Part shown: piece after piece, positions 1-13,000 of the stretch
How the letters are laid out: every line of letters starts with the position of its first letter
Numbering within the stretch: the stretch's first letter is position 1
Origin: Geosiphon pyriformis uo1
Lineage: Eukaryota; Fungi; Glomeromycota
Length of the DNA: 64,000 bases
Reading direction: 5' to 3'
NCBI GenBank assembly: GCA_016748015.1
Contig: JAAOMT010000009.1
Span: 948,459-1,012,458, forward strand
Position numbers and translations under genes: made by a program
The notes under the pieces: model-generated
What the model was told of the DNA's origin: nothing
Databases searched by the model: none
What the model saw: only the letters and a program-made list of their open reading frames with translations

Positions 1-2234
1 GAAAAGTCTGGGTATCCATGATTCTGAAACCTTATAAGTGGAAAGAAGTTCTGACAAACACCAGACTTATTGCTTTCATTGAAACCTCTAGGAAAATTCT
101 TTTAAAGATTCTATCTGATCGCATTTCGAGAGCCTACAACATATACAACGTTCTGCATAAGAACAATTTTTTGGTGTTTAAAGACACTTCTACTCAGTCC
201 CATATCTTTGTTGTAGGATCTGTTGTGGAAAATGTTTTGGAGAAGGACAGGGAACTCTGGTTGGTGCTTCAGAACATGTACAAAGCTTATGATTCAGTAG
301 GCTAGTTGCATTTGAAAAGTAGTCTAGAGAGAATCAAAATGTGTGAGAAGTTTGTCAGGTTTTTTGGTAGTATCCACAATGGCCACAAGAATAGAGTTAT
401 GACAGACTTTGGTTTGTCTAAAAGTTACAAAATACATGATGGTTTGGACCAGAGAGAAGTTTTTTCTCCTCTTTTATGGAGAATTTTTTATGATCCTTTG
501 TTGTGCAAAGTGAAAAAACATGAATCATTTTTTGGGTATTGGGTCAATTCCAAATTTGTGGTCAGAACAAGTAGAATTGAGTTGAATGCTGGTTTAACTT
601 CTTATTTGGCTGCTGGTGCTTTTGTGAATAACACCATTTGGGTTGGCAATTGTTATACAGCAACACAGAATATTTTGAACATTGCTAATGAGTTTTTTGA
701 ATTAATGGATATATCAATCAACATAGAAAAAACAGTTGTCATTCCTATTAACCCAAAAACCAGCAACACCTCTTTGAAAGTGAGCAAGTCTCCTATTTCA
801 ATCATGAAATCTGGTGAGGCTTATTAGTATTTAGGTATTTTTCTGTCAACTAAAGGTCTTTCTGGTCCAAGTTTAAAAAAGGCAAATTTGGATGTCAAGT
901 TTTTCTCATCTATGGTTTTACACAAAGCTATTACAAACAAACAGTTCTCTTATTTGGTATTAGCTGTTTTACAGCCCATAGTGGAATATAGGACTCAATT
1001 TAGCTTTGTCAGTAGAGACACATGCAAGAAATGGAACCATATAATTAAAAAGGGGTTAAAGTTTAAGTCCAGTCTGTCTAGAGACTTTCCTAATGAGGTG
1101 GTGCACTATCCTTCTTTTTACAATTTAAAGCTCTTTAAACAAGTTCAAGCAGAAGCAAAAGTCTTGTCAGTGTTACAGTTTGCTAATGATAATGGGTTAA
1201 TGAGTTGACTATTTGAGCACAGATCAATGAACTTACAGGTTTTGGGCTGAGTTTCTCAGAACCCTCTTCAATTTCCTGTTAAGTTGATGGTCAATTCGAT
1301 AAACAATTTTCTGGCTGGTGTTGCTAAAATTTTTTTATATAATGGCATCTCCTTAACTAATAGCTTGCTCAATGTTTTTCATTTTAAGTGAGATTTTCCT
1401 GTTCTGGATGTTTTGGGCCAAACTATATATCTCCAGGTTTGCAAGTCACTAAAGCATTTTGGAATCATTTTTGCAGACCAGTTGTTGAACAGTCATGGAG
1501 AATGTTTTAATTGGAAGGATTTTTGCTGTTGAAAATGACTGGATCCCAGAGGCCCAGTTCTCTTATGGTTCATACTGGTTTCAGATTTTGTTAAGAGTGG
1601 TGGTTTGGTTAAAAATTTCTCTTCTGCTTTTGAGTTTCCTTCCAAGTTAGATGTTTCTGATATGGACCACTTTGGTTTTGTCTGTTCTAGTTTAAAAGAT
1701 GCTTTTTTGCCAATAATCTCAATTTATACTGATGGTTCTGTTAAAGACTTTGGTACTTCTAATGCTGTCAAAGGAGCTGCTGCTTATTTTTCTGATTTAG
1801 GTTTGCACATAGGTGTGGAAGTCCATGGCATGTTATCATCTACCCTAGCTGAAATACAGGCTGTTGTGCTGGCTTTCAAGTGCATTCCAGCTTCCTCGAA
1901 TGTTACAGTTTTTTCTGACAGTTAGGCTTCCTTAGATGCTTATCAGGCCAAGTTGAGATTGGTGGCTCCAGATTTTTGCAACAGGTGCTGGATAGAGTGC
2001 TGTCATATTAGCAATTTGGTCAAATATAAAAACATTTCTGTCACCTGGTCAAAAGTGAAGGGTCACTCTGGTATTTTGGACAACAAGCGCGCTGATTGGT
2101 TGGCTGATCTAGCCACATCATTAGGGCTTGTTCTTTCAGCAAATGTTAAAGAAAAATTTTTAATGGCAGATAGTAAGGTGATTTTTGGCAATGCACGTTG
2201 CTTCACTAGATTAATGAATGATACTATTAGACAT

Positions 2235-3208
2235 TATTACAGATGACAATTTCTAGTGTTAAATTAAATACAAATCTGTAACTTGGTGCTCAAAGCTATT
2301 CTTGTTGTCGATGATCTGAAGGTTTGGTATCTGAAAGTTTTGTATCTGAAGGGTTTAGTTGAGTTTTTTGTATAATGGACAGAGATTTAATGATAATAGT
2401 TTTATCTGTAGCTTCCCAAAACTGCAGTTTTGTTAATTTTTTTCTCAGCTTGATGGCCAGTATTCCTTCTAGTAAGCTATCTTCAATCGAGTGTTCTACC
2501 CTTATTTCTGGGTTTTTTACCAGTCATATTTATCTTGACGTCAGTGCCCTATGCATTAATTCTCAATAGAGTTAGTAAACAACAATAAAATCAAAGCAAA
2601 AAAATAAAGAAAATAAAATAAAATAAAGAAAAAAAAGAAATAAGCCAAGGCAATTTGCAAGTTAGTATTCCGTCAATAGCTGTGATCAAGAGCTATTGTT
2701 CCAGTGTGGTTAAGTATCAATTACTATCAACATGAAGTGTTGATAGTGAAAATGGGTTTGAGATAACAAATAGTTATTTATTAGAGGATTGTGTTTTTAG
2801 ACTAAGGATTCTGTGGTATCAATTTTTCTTTTTTTTTTTTGTAATTTTAATAATTATGATTTTGTGAGTCTAATTGATTCTATAAGTCTAATTAACTCTA
2901 CAAATCAATTGACTCTAAGTCTCATTGACTAATTTTTTAACTTTTGATACTACTGCTATATATACATATTTGAGATTCCTCAATTCCTCAATTCTTTATG
3001 TCAGGAATCCTGAAATTCCTGGAATTCTGCAATTCTTTTAAGAAGAATTCTGGAATTCTGGAATTCTGTGATTCCTTGTGTGAGAATTCTGCAATTTCTG
3101 GAATTCTGCAATTCCTCTGAAAGGAATCCTAGAATTCCACATTTACTACATCTACCTATGATTGGCTAATTTATATGCTAATATACTTCCTATATTTTAT
3201 GAGTAACA
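2235..3208 (-). repeat. 3' LTR of element A
   Basis: Direct repeat of 4801-5733; adjacent PPT reads AAAAGAGAGAATAA on the minus strand. Confidence 0.93.
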
Positions 3209-3309
3209 TTATTCTCTCTTTTAATATTGAACTCCTGTGAAATCTTCTAAATCTCTCTTTTGTATCAATATTGTTGTGGTAATTTCTATTGCTATTTGTA
3301 AATCTAATT

Positions 3310-3750
3310 TTATATGTGACTGGGGTTTTTAACTCTAATAGTCTGTCCAGAATATTCATGTTCAAATCTTGCATCTGTATTATGTGCATGTTCAGACATA
3401 ATGCCCTCATTATTATCACTGAATTGAGTTAATTTCTGCTCCATTGTAAGATCTAGAAGTGTGATATATTGTTCGGTGTTTGAAGCAGAGTTTGAATTGT
3501 TGTTGGCAGAGTTTAAATCATCGTTTGTTATTAGTGGAGTTTGAATTATTGTTGTTATCAGTGGAGTTTGAATTGTTGTTGTCATCAGTGGAATTTGAAT
3601 CATTGCTGTCATTAGCAGAGTTTGAATCGTTGCTGTTATTAGCAGAGTTTGAATCAGAATTAAGTTTTGATTCCAATTTCCATTTGTTCTCACTAATTGG
3701 CTCTTCTTCAAATATATGACACATGGGAGTGGATTGTGACTATGTTCCAA
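3310..3750 (-). pseudogene. Pol remnant in element A: Asn/Ser-rich linker followed by the N-terminus of a dUTPase
   Basis: KLTQFSDNNEGIMSEHAHNTDARF aligns by eye with LQLKYFDNHGQEIRPEKAHEIDAEY at the start of the B1 dUTPase. It is preceded by ~21-nt repeats encoding SNSxND. Confidence 0.7.
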
Positions 3751-3982
3751 TATTCTGACTTAGGGCTGTTAGGTGAGTTTTGCTGATTTATTGGTACTGT
3801 GAAAATTAGGTTTTATTGGGCTATCAGAGGTAAGTTTCCTTGTATGATAGTGGGGTTTGGAATTTATCGGACTTCGAATGTTCGGTTTTTTGAATAATTT
3901 CCAGAGTTTGAATTGCTAAAGGTTTAACAAGTTTTATTGACAGTAAGTTTTTTTGTACAATAGCAGGGTTGGAATTATCGAG

Positions 3983-4662
3983 TTTTGAATGTTTGGGTTT
4001 TTTGAATGATCAAATCTTGAATAATCGGAGTTTTAATTTAACGAGTTTTTAACGAATTTATCAATGGTAATTTTCGAATGTTCGGAGTTTTAACAATTGA
4101 GTTTTGAATAATCGGAGTTTTTAATTTAATGAGTTTTTAACAAATTTATCAATAGTATGTTTCGAATAGTCAGGGTTTTAATGATCGGATTTTGAATAAA
4201 CAAAGTTTTTTAATTTAACAAGTTTTTAACAAATTTATCAATGGTAATTTTCGAATATTCGGGGTTTTAATGATCGGGTCTTGAATAATCGGAGTTTTAA
4301 TTTAACAAGTTTTTAACAAATTTATCAAAAATAAGTTTTGAATGTTTAGGATTTTAATGATCAGATTTTGAATAATCGGAGTTTTAATTTAATGAGTTTT
4401 TAATGAATTTATTAAAGGTAAGTTTCGAATGTTCGGGGTTTTTAATGATCGGATTTTGAATAAACAGAGTTTTTAATTTAACGAGTTTTTAACGAATTTA
4501 TCAAAGGTAAGTTTCGAATGTTCGGGGTTTTTAATGATTGGATTTTGAATAAACGGAGTTTTAATTTAATGAGTTTTTAATGAATTTATCAACAGTAATT
4601 TTTGAATGTTTGGGGTTTTAATGATCGGATTTTGAATAAACAGAGTTTTAATTTAACAAGGT
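3983..4662. repeat. Tandem array of ~88-bp units (about 8 copies) downstream of the PBS of element A
   Basis: Unit approx. TTTCGAATGTTCGGGGTTTTAATGATCGGATTTTGAATAATCGGAGTTTTAATTTAACGAGTTTTTAACGAATTTATCAATGGTAA recurs near 3983, 4072, 4160, 4249, 4336, 4423, 4512 and 4600. Confidence 0.9.
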
Positions 4663-4786
4663 TTTCAAAGATAATGGTAAAATAAGGATTTCGTGAATCC
4701 TAAGTGATTTTCCCTTGTTTTTTCTTGGTCTGCTACTTTCTTGCATGGTTGTTGTTGGTACTGGTTCTCTGTTGGATTATATCTCA

Positions 4787-4798
4787 CAGAGAGCACCA
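4787..4798 (-). other. Primer-binding site of element A (TGGTGCTCTCTG)
   Basis: TGG-initiated sequence 2 nt from the 5' LTR end; the first 10 nt match the B2 PBS. Complementary to a tRNA ending ...GAGAGCACCA (identity not assigned). Confidence 0.85.
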
Positions 4799-4800
4799 AA

Positions 4801-5733
4801 TGTTACAGGTAACAATTTCTAATGTTGAATTAAATACAAACCTGTAACTTGGTGCTCAAAGCTATTCTTGTTGTCGATAATCTGAAGATTTGGTATCTGA
4901 AGGTTTTGTATCTGAAGGGTTTGGTTGAGTTCTTTGTATAATGGACAGAGATTTAATAATAATAGTTTTATCTGTAGCTTCCTGAAACTGCAGTTTTGTC
5001 AATTTTTTTCTCAGCTTGATGGCCAGTATTCCTTCTGGTAAGCTATCCTCAATCGAGTATTCTACTCTTATTTCTGGGTCTTTTACCAGTCACGTTTATC
5101 CTGACGTTAGTGCCCTGTGCATTAATCCTCAATAGAGTTAGTAAACAACAATAAAATCAAAGCAAGAAAATAAAGAAAATAAAATAAAATAAAGAAAAAA
5201 AAGAAATAAGCCAAGGCAATTTGCAAGTTAGTATTCCGTCAATAGCTGTGATCAAGAGCTATTGTTCCAGTGTGGTTAAGTATCAATTACTATCAACATA
5301 AAGTGTTGATAGTGGAAATGGGTTTGAGATAACAAATAGTTATTTATTGGAGGATTGTGTTTTTAGGCTAAGGATTCTGTGGTATCGATTCTTCTTTTTT
5401 TTTTTTGTAATTTTAATAATTATGATTTTGCAAGTCTAATTGACTCTGCAAATCAATTAACTCTAAGTCCCATTGACTAATTTTCTAACTTCTGATACTA
5501 CTGTTATATATACGTATTTGAGATTCCTCAATTCCTCAATTCTTCATGTCAGGAATTTTGAAATTCCTGGAATTTTGCAATTCTTTTGAGAGGAATTCTG
5601 GAATTCTGAAATTCTGCAATTCCTGAAATCCTGCAATTCCTCTGAGAGGAATCCTGGAATTTCACATTTACTATGTCTACCTATGATTGGCTAATTTATA
5701 TGCTAATATACTTCCTATATTTTATGAGTAACA
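4801..5733 (-). repeat. 5' LTR of element A
   Basis: TGTTAC...GTAACA termini; flanked by the PBS and the TSD. Confidence 0.93.
5505..5690 (-). promoter_or_regulatory. Putative U3 promoter of LTR A: CCAAT box, GAATTC-rich micro-array, TATA box
   Basis: On the minus strand: CCAAT (5686-5690), then 8-9-bp GGAATTC[C/T]-type repeats (5523-5665), then TATATA (5505-5512). The CCAAT-array-TATA order is the same in all four family-A LTRs. Confidence 0.6.
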
Positions 5734-7099
5734 ACGTTTTCAATGGGAATTTGAACCTGGTTTGAGCATTGTAGATCTTTTATGAGTTGGAGACATAAAC
5801 TAGGTTTGTACTGCCTCAGTATGGCATCCTGATTTCCACATGTCTACAGAATATACAAGCAGAACTACTGCCAGTTTGTGCACATATTTGATAAAAGCCT
5901 TACATAGAAAGCTACCTGTAGCTGTTACAAAGTGCTTATATAATCAAAGTTATCCTAGTGTGCTGTGTGTATGTTGCAGAGAAATGGATTTTTCAGATTA
6001 TAGTTTTGTTTGTCGCTTGGATTTTTTGACACATTAGAGCTTGTTGAGTGAGCATTCCTCTCTTTGGAAATCTCTTACTGGGACAACCTTGTCATTATCT
6101 GTGGTTTTGGAGTCTCTAGCTTCTTCTGTTTTTGATGGTAGTTTCTACATATCTTTGTGTAAGGGTCTCGTGTTTGAGGATTGATTGGCAGAAGCTAAAG
6201 TGTCTTTTGTAGATACTAAGCTTGCAATGTCTAATTTGGTTGAATTTGTTCAGAGTATGATTGTTGGCTATAGGGAGCAGATTTGGGTGCCTAATTCAAA
6301 ACTTCGAGCTGAAATAGAGCATTGTGGATCATTATGTGCAGATGGGTCTTTATGTAATATCATTCGGAATCTTTCTGTTAAGGTTTCTGGTAATGTTGCT
6401 TGTTTACTAGGAATTAAGAGGGGTCATGTGACCAACTTTGATCTAAGTATTAGTCATTTGTTTTTCACTAGTGCTATTAGCAAAGTTACAGTAAATATAA
6501 TTACATAGTGTAGCCTTGATTGGCCGAGTGGCTAGTCACATGTAGCAAAAGTGTGAATCACATTTAATTTAGAATTTTAGATAATTGTATTGTATTAGAT
6601 AGTGATTGGGCTTCACTCATTAAATAAATAAATAAAAATATATATATATATATATAATATCTTTTTAAAAAAAATTTAAAATTTAATATAATTTAGTTTT
6701 AATTAGACTTATATATTTAATTATATGTTAAAAACACATAATTTATATTTAATTTAAAATTTTTAAATTGTTATATTATATTAAATTTTAAATTTTAATA
6801 AAAAAAATGCTTTTATTTATAAAAACAATTAAACAAAATAATTTTTTTTAAATATTAATAGTATTAAATTATCTTTAATAACTTTTAAAATATTTTTTAT
6901 CTTTAATTAATGGTTTTTTTTCAGTTAAAATTCTTTTTAAAAAACATATTAAAATTAATTTTAATATTATTTTTATCTTTTAAAAAGTTTTAAAGTTTTT
7001 AATAAATAAATAAATTTTTTTTGTTTTTATTATTACTATTATTACTATTTTATAAATAGTAAAATATAATTTAAAAACTTTTTTCTTTTTTATGGTTGT

Positions 7100-10000
7100 A
7101 ATTTTTTTAAAAAAAAGGTTTTTTGTCTTTATTTTTCTTGTAATATTATTTTCAATATTTTTCAAGCAAATAATTTTTTTATAATAAACTTAATAATTGT
7201 TTTAAATAGCAATATATTTAAAAAAAAAGTGTTTATAAAAACTTTTTATAATCTAACTAGAGGTTTTTTTTTTATAGAAAAAAAAGTTTTTATAGGTAAT
7301 ATTAAATACTTTAATAATAAAAAAGATATTTTTTTGGTTAAATTTAATTTTAAAAATAGTATATATTCGAATATAAATAGTAAATTTGATAATAATAAAG
7401 ATAATAATGTCTTAGTAAATGCTAATAATAATTTTTTTTTTGTCTTAGCAACAACAATTTTTAAAGCTAAAAAAATTAATATTAGTTTAAAATATGATTT
7501 TTCTATTGGTATAATTGACTATAATATAGATAAAAATAAAAAACCTCTTTTTTTTCTTCTTAATATCTTTTTAAACAAAAGATAAATTAATTTTAAGATA
7601 ATAAAAACTCAAATTAAAATAGCTATTAAAAAGTTTTCACTTTAAATATTAATTTTTTAACAGTAAAAAGCAAATTAACAACAGCAAAAACTTAATTAAT
7701 CAGAAAATTTTTATTATTAATTAATAGTTTTAAAAAGCTACTATTTTCTTAAAATTTAAAAAAATAATCAGATTTATGTTTAATTTAAAAAAAATATAAA
7801 AAAAATTATATTATTAATTAGTAAAAAAGATATTTTAATAAACAGTAATTTTAAAAAACAGAGTTTTTGTTCAAATTAAATTGTAGTAATTAAAAAAATT
7901 TTTATAAACATGCCAAAAAAAATGATTATTACAGCTTTTTTTAAGTTTGATTAAATAGTATTAATCTGATTATAACTTATTAAGTTGTGGTAAAAGACTA
8001 TAATAAAGATTGTTAAATTAAATTAAACTGATTATTTGGCATCTAAATAAATTTTTTTAATTAGGAAAAATTTAATGTACATAGCTAAAACTATAAAAAA
8101 TCATAATATTTGGATATTTAAAGATCAGTTTAAAATGGTTTTGTTTACTTAGTTTGTAGGAATATTTGTTTATAATTTGGATACTTTATTTGAAAAAACT
8201 GTTAAAAAAACATATATAATTAATCAATTATTTAAATCTAATAATAAAATTTGTTGTATTGTAATTGGTTTTAAATTAGAAAAAAATCTAGATTTGGCAT
8301 TTTGTACAAAATTAATTTTTGGTAATATAAAGTTTTTTTGAATTAAATTAAATTTAGTTTGTTGTAACAAGTATAAATATTTTGGATATTTTGCTTTAAA
8401 ATATAATATACCAAATATATCTGTTTTTTTGCTTTTGAAAATATATAAAAAGTTTGTTTTAAATGTAAATTGTTTTTAATTAGCCAAGTTATATGCAAAA
8501 AAAAGTGTTTTTATTTTATATTCTGTTGTTTTTAATAACAAATTATAGATCTAAATAATTTTATTAACTTTTGCTTTTAATAATACTTACTCTGATTTTA
8601 GTTTTGGTTTGTTTTTTTTGTGCTTTATATTTTGATATAATCTTTTTTATTCTATATAATAATTTATTTATTAATACTTATCTGGTCTTTTTAGAGTGCT
8701 TTTTAAAACTCTTAATTAATTAAGTATTGCAAATTTGGTATTCTTGGTTTTGTTTCTTAATCTTTTTTTTTAATTATTATTGTGTCTTTAAATATAAGTT
8801 TAAATTTAGATATAGTTTTAGATAATTTGTGAATATTGTTTTTTTTTTGGTAACAAAAATTTTGGCTTTAAATTTAAGTTTAAATAACTTTAAGATTTTG
8901 ATTATTAAAATAAATAGTTTAAAATTAAAAATGATTGTTCTTGAGATTTTTGTTAGTTTAATTTTAGTAAAATTAGATCAATTATGCTCTAACTTAAGTT
9001 TTCTAATATATTTTTTACCTTAATAATTAATTATATTTGGAAATTTACAATATGCAATATTAGAAAAATAAACAATTTGGCTAAACAAAAGAATATTATT
9101 AGATGGCATAAGAATTTTGGCAATTTGGTTTTTATATTTACTAAGATAAAGTTAAAAAAACAAATTAAAATTTAGATTAAAAACAGATTTTCAGATGTAA
9201 AAATTTTTATTTTTGGTTTAAACACTAATTATTTGGATTTGGAAGTAGTAATAATTATAAATAATATTTTTGTTTAATATGTATACAAAGTTTCTAAGAT
9301 TTTTGGTCTTTTTTTTTAATTTATTTGCTGTTCAACAACAAATTTTTAATAATAATTCTAAGTTTTTATGCTAATGTTTTAATTAGTATACAATTTAATT
9401 AGGTCTGTAAAATAAATTTTTGTATTATTAATTTAGTTTCATATAATATTAGTTAGTAATTTTAATAAAAATAAGATAAAACAAAGTATAAGTTTCAAAA
9501 AATGTTTTGATTTAAATTTAAGCAATTTTTTTTTAAATAATTTTATTGTTAAGTTTCTAATCTAAAACAATTCAAAAATATAAAAAAGACTATTAATTAC
9601 ATTTTTGTCAATGACTATTTTTTATTAGTAGTAGTTAGTTATAAAGTTTCTAATATGTTTAAGTTTTTTAATACTGATTATAAGACTGTATTTATTTCTT
9701 TTAGATTAGATAGTTTTTTAAATATTTGTTTAAATATTATATACAAGTAGATTAATCAAAATTATTAAAAGTTTAAGATTAAAGATACAAATAATATTAA
9801 ATAAATATACTTTATGAAATACTTTTTTGATAAAACTATTAACAATAGTAGATAGATTTATAGATATAAAAGTTTTTGGTAATTTAAATACAATATAAAA
9901 AATACTAAAAAGAATATTAATAAATTCAACTAATAAAATATTTTCTAAATATTGATTTTTCAAGTTTAATTGTTTAAGAAACAAGCTATTTTTAAAGTTT

Positions 10001-13000
10001 TATGAATTAGAATTGCTGATTATTAAATTAATAAAAAGGTTGAATTTGAATAATATATTTGAATTTAACTGTCTCTTAGTAAAATGGTTTATTATTAATA
10101 AAAAAAACTTTTATAGTTGATAGTCTAGTTTAAAATAATACAAAGTTAGTAAACATTATTAATTATTTGTTAATAATTAAAAAAAATCCAAGTACTATAA
10201 GTCAAAAATAGTCAAAAATATATTTATTAAAAAAACAATTAATTAACACATAAAAAATTTCTAATAAAAAGAATATAATAAGAAATGTTTTAAAACAGTT
10301 TTTTTATAAAATAATTTTAAACTATTTGGTAATTAGAAAAAAGCTAGTTCTAAAACCAAATAAAATAAAGTTTAAAATTAATGAAATTATAATAAATTAA
10401 ACAAAAAAATAAAATATGTCTTTAGTGTTGTCTGATTTGTAATCTTGTTAGTATTTGTCATTGAGTTATATAAGAAAATATTTTTTCTGGTATAATAAAT
10501 AAGATTAATATAAACAAATTGGTTTTAATAATTAGTGATTTGTTTAATAGCAAAGTTGTTGATCTATTTAATATATTTAATAAACTTTAAAAACATTATA
10601 ATTAGACAGTAATAAAATATTTTTTAAATTTATTAAACTTTTGTTTGGTTCTTAATAATGTTTTTGTTCTTTAAAAAAAAGTGTGAATTTCAATAATTCT
10701 TAAATCTTATAACTAAAATAATATTCTAATAAATATATAGTCTATTGTACTAATTAAAACAGCTTAAAAAATTTTATTTAAGATTCTTTTAGATTATATT
10801 TTATTTGCTTGTAATAAGTTTAATATTTTTTAAAGTAACAACTTCTCAGTTTTAAAAGATATTTTGATTCAATTTTTTGTATTTATTATTAGTTTAATAG
10901 TAAAAAATACTTTAAAAAAAAGCCAAAAACTATAATTAATCTTATAAAATATGTGTAAAGTTTATAATTTGGTTAGATGATATTATTTGAAAACTAGTTT
11001 AAACTATATCAGAATATACAATAAATTTATTAGGTTTTTTGAAAAGATATATAAAAACAGAATCAACAAAGTAATAACTAATTTTAGTCTTTTAAATAAT
11101 TATAAAATACTAGATAGACTTGATTAAAGTAAAGTATTTTTATTATTTTTTTGGAAGATTTTTTCTAATTTTTTCTTGTATAAAGTAAAAAAACATGAAT
11201 ATTTATGTAAATATAAAATCAATACAAACTTAATAGCAAAAATGGACAAAGTAAAAATTAGTGAAAAAATTTTTTTCTTTTTTATGATTGAAACTTTTAT
11301 TAATAATACAATTTAAATTGAAAATAGTTAAGCTTTAATACAATATATTTTAGATTTAATGAATTTTTTAGAATAATAATATTTTTATTAATAATAATAA
11401 AACAGTAGCTATCTTTATTAATTAAAGAGTTGTGAATACTTTTTTGTATATTAATTTTTATTGTCAAATATAGTAAATCTTACAAATATTTGTGAATTTT
11501 TTTTGTTAATAGAAAGTATATTTAAGCTAAGTTTTATTAAAGGTTATTCAAATATTAAGTTTTTTTTAAATATGATTCTTAAAAAAACTTTGTTGAACAA
11601 ACAATTTATTTATTTAATAATAACAGTTTTACAATTTATAATTAATTACTAAATACAATTTAATTATATGTTTAAAAGCATATGTTAAAATAAAATGTTT
11701 TGATAAAAAAAAAGCTCAAATTTAAAACCAATTTGTCAAAAAACTTTTTTAATAAGGCTTTACATTATTTTTTTCTGTATGAATTAGTTTTTTTTGAATA
11801 AGTACAAATAAAATTCAAAATAACTTTAATAATTAAATTCTTTAATTCAGTAGAAATTTTTAACCATTTATTCAAACATAATTTTTTGAATTTGCAAATT
11901 TTAGGTTGAACATTTTTGAATTTATTATAATATTTAGTTAAGTTAAGAGTCAGCTTTGTAAATAATTTTTTAATAAATATTGTAATGATTTTTTTAAATA
12001 ACAAGATTTTTCTAACCAATAAATTGTTTAATATATTTTGTAATATTAACTATTTTTTAATATCCAAAATATTAAAAAATTTCTGCTATTTTGGTGTAAT
12101 TTGCTTTTTAAAACACTTTAGTATTGTATTTGAGAACAGATTGTTAAACAAATATAAACAAATTATAAATTAAAAAACTTTTTATTGTTGGAAAAGATTG
12201 TGTTTTAAAAACCTAATTCTATTATAGTTTGCAAAAGTTTTAGCTTATATAACTAATCTTTTTGTTGTATTTAATAAAGTTATTCTTAATTCTAATTGTT
12301 TGGATTTTTTTAGATTAAAAAAATTTTCAAACATTTAAAAGTATTTGTACAAATTATAAATAGAAATAATAAGCATTTATATTAATAGTTTATTAAAAAA
12401 TTTAAACACTATAAAAACAACTGATAGAATTATAGCTTATTTTTCTAAAATTAAGATAAGTATAAATATTAAAGTACTGTTTTTAATAATAACAAGATTG
12501 CAGACAATTGTTTTGGCTTTAGAATGTGTTTTTTTTTGTTTAGTAATTTTGTATATAGACTGTTAAATTATAATTAGTGCTTATATTTTAAAGTTTAAGT
12601 TTAACTAGTCTGATTTCTAAAATAAATGTTGGGTAAAATATTGTCATATAGATAATTTAATTAAGTTAAAAGATATTTCTGTAAAATAAGTAAAAATTAA
12701 GAACTATTTAAATAATACTAACAATAATTAAACAGATATTTTTATATGTATTATAATATAGTTTTGTTTAGTTCTTTCTATTAGAATTTATAAAAAATTT
12801 ATCTTAATTAATAGATTGGTTATATTAAGTAATACTTATTATTTTGTTTATAGTATTTATTATATAGTTTGTTATGTTTTATAGAAAGCAAATTTTGGTA
12901 TAAAAATTATAGATAGTTTATTTATTTGAAATATAAACTAGCTTGTATTGTTTTAATTTAATATTCAAACTTTCACATATTTAATAAAAACTGTTTATAA

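Larger units (their letters stand above)
2235..5733 (-). mobile_element. Non-autonomous, internally deleted LTR retrotransposon (family A), about 3.5 kb
   Basis: Two ~0.95-kb direct repeats (2235-3208, 4801-5733) with T[G/A]TTAC...GTAACA ends. PBS at 4787-4798, PPT at 3209-3222, 4-bp TSD ACAT (2231-2234) / ACGT (5734-5737). The LINE resumes on both sides. Confidence 0.93.
1..6638 (+). mobile_element. LINE copy 1 (L1-like non-LTR retrotransposon): 3' part of ORF2 (RT, RNase H, C-terminal Cys/His finger) plus 3' UTR and A-rich tail; degenerate, interrupted by LTR element A at 2235-5733
   Basis: Consecutive ORF fragments carry RT motifs (WLVLQNMYKAYDSV, GLDQREVFSPLLW, AGAFVNNTIW), RNase H motifs (IYTDGS...LAEIQAV...FSDS...KVKGHSGILDNKRAD) and CVCCREMDFSDYSFVC. 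Stop at 6508, then a 3' UTR shared with the other copies and a (TAAA)n tail. Runs off the window 5' end. Confidence 0.93.

Noticed and set aside
3983-4662. CRISPR-like array
   Set aside because: Units are contiguous homologous repeats with no unique spacers; no cas genes; eukaryotic TE context.
4791-4857. Tf1-type self-priming
   Set aside because: The PBS-complementary arm is about 50 nt from the LTR end and about 650 nt downstream of the TATA box, not at the transcript 5' end, and the PBS begins with TGG as expected for tRNA priming.
6509-6570. Hammerhead or HDV ribozyme in the LINE 3' UTR
   Set aside because: Hairpins are present, but the CUGAnGA/GAAA core and nested pseudoknot pairings are not.
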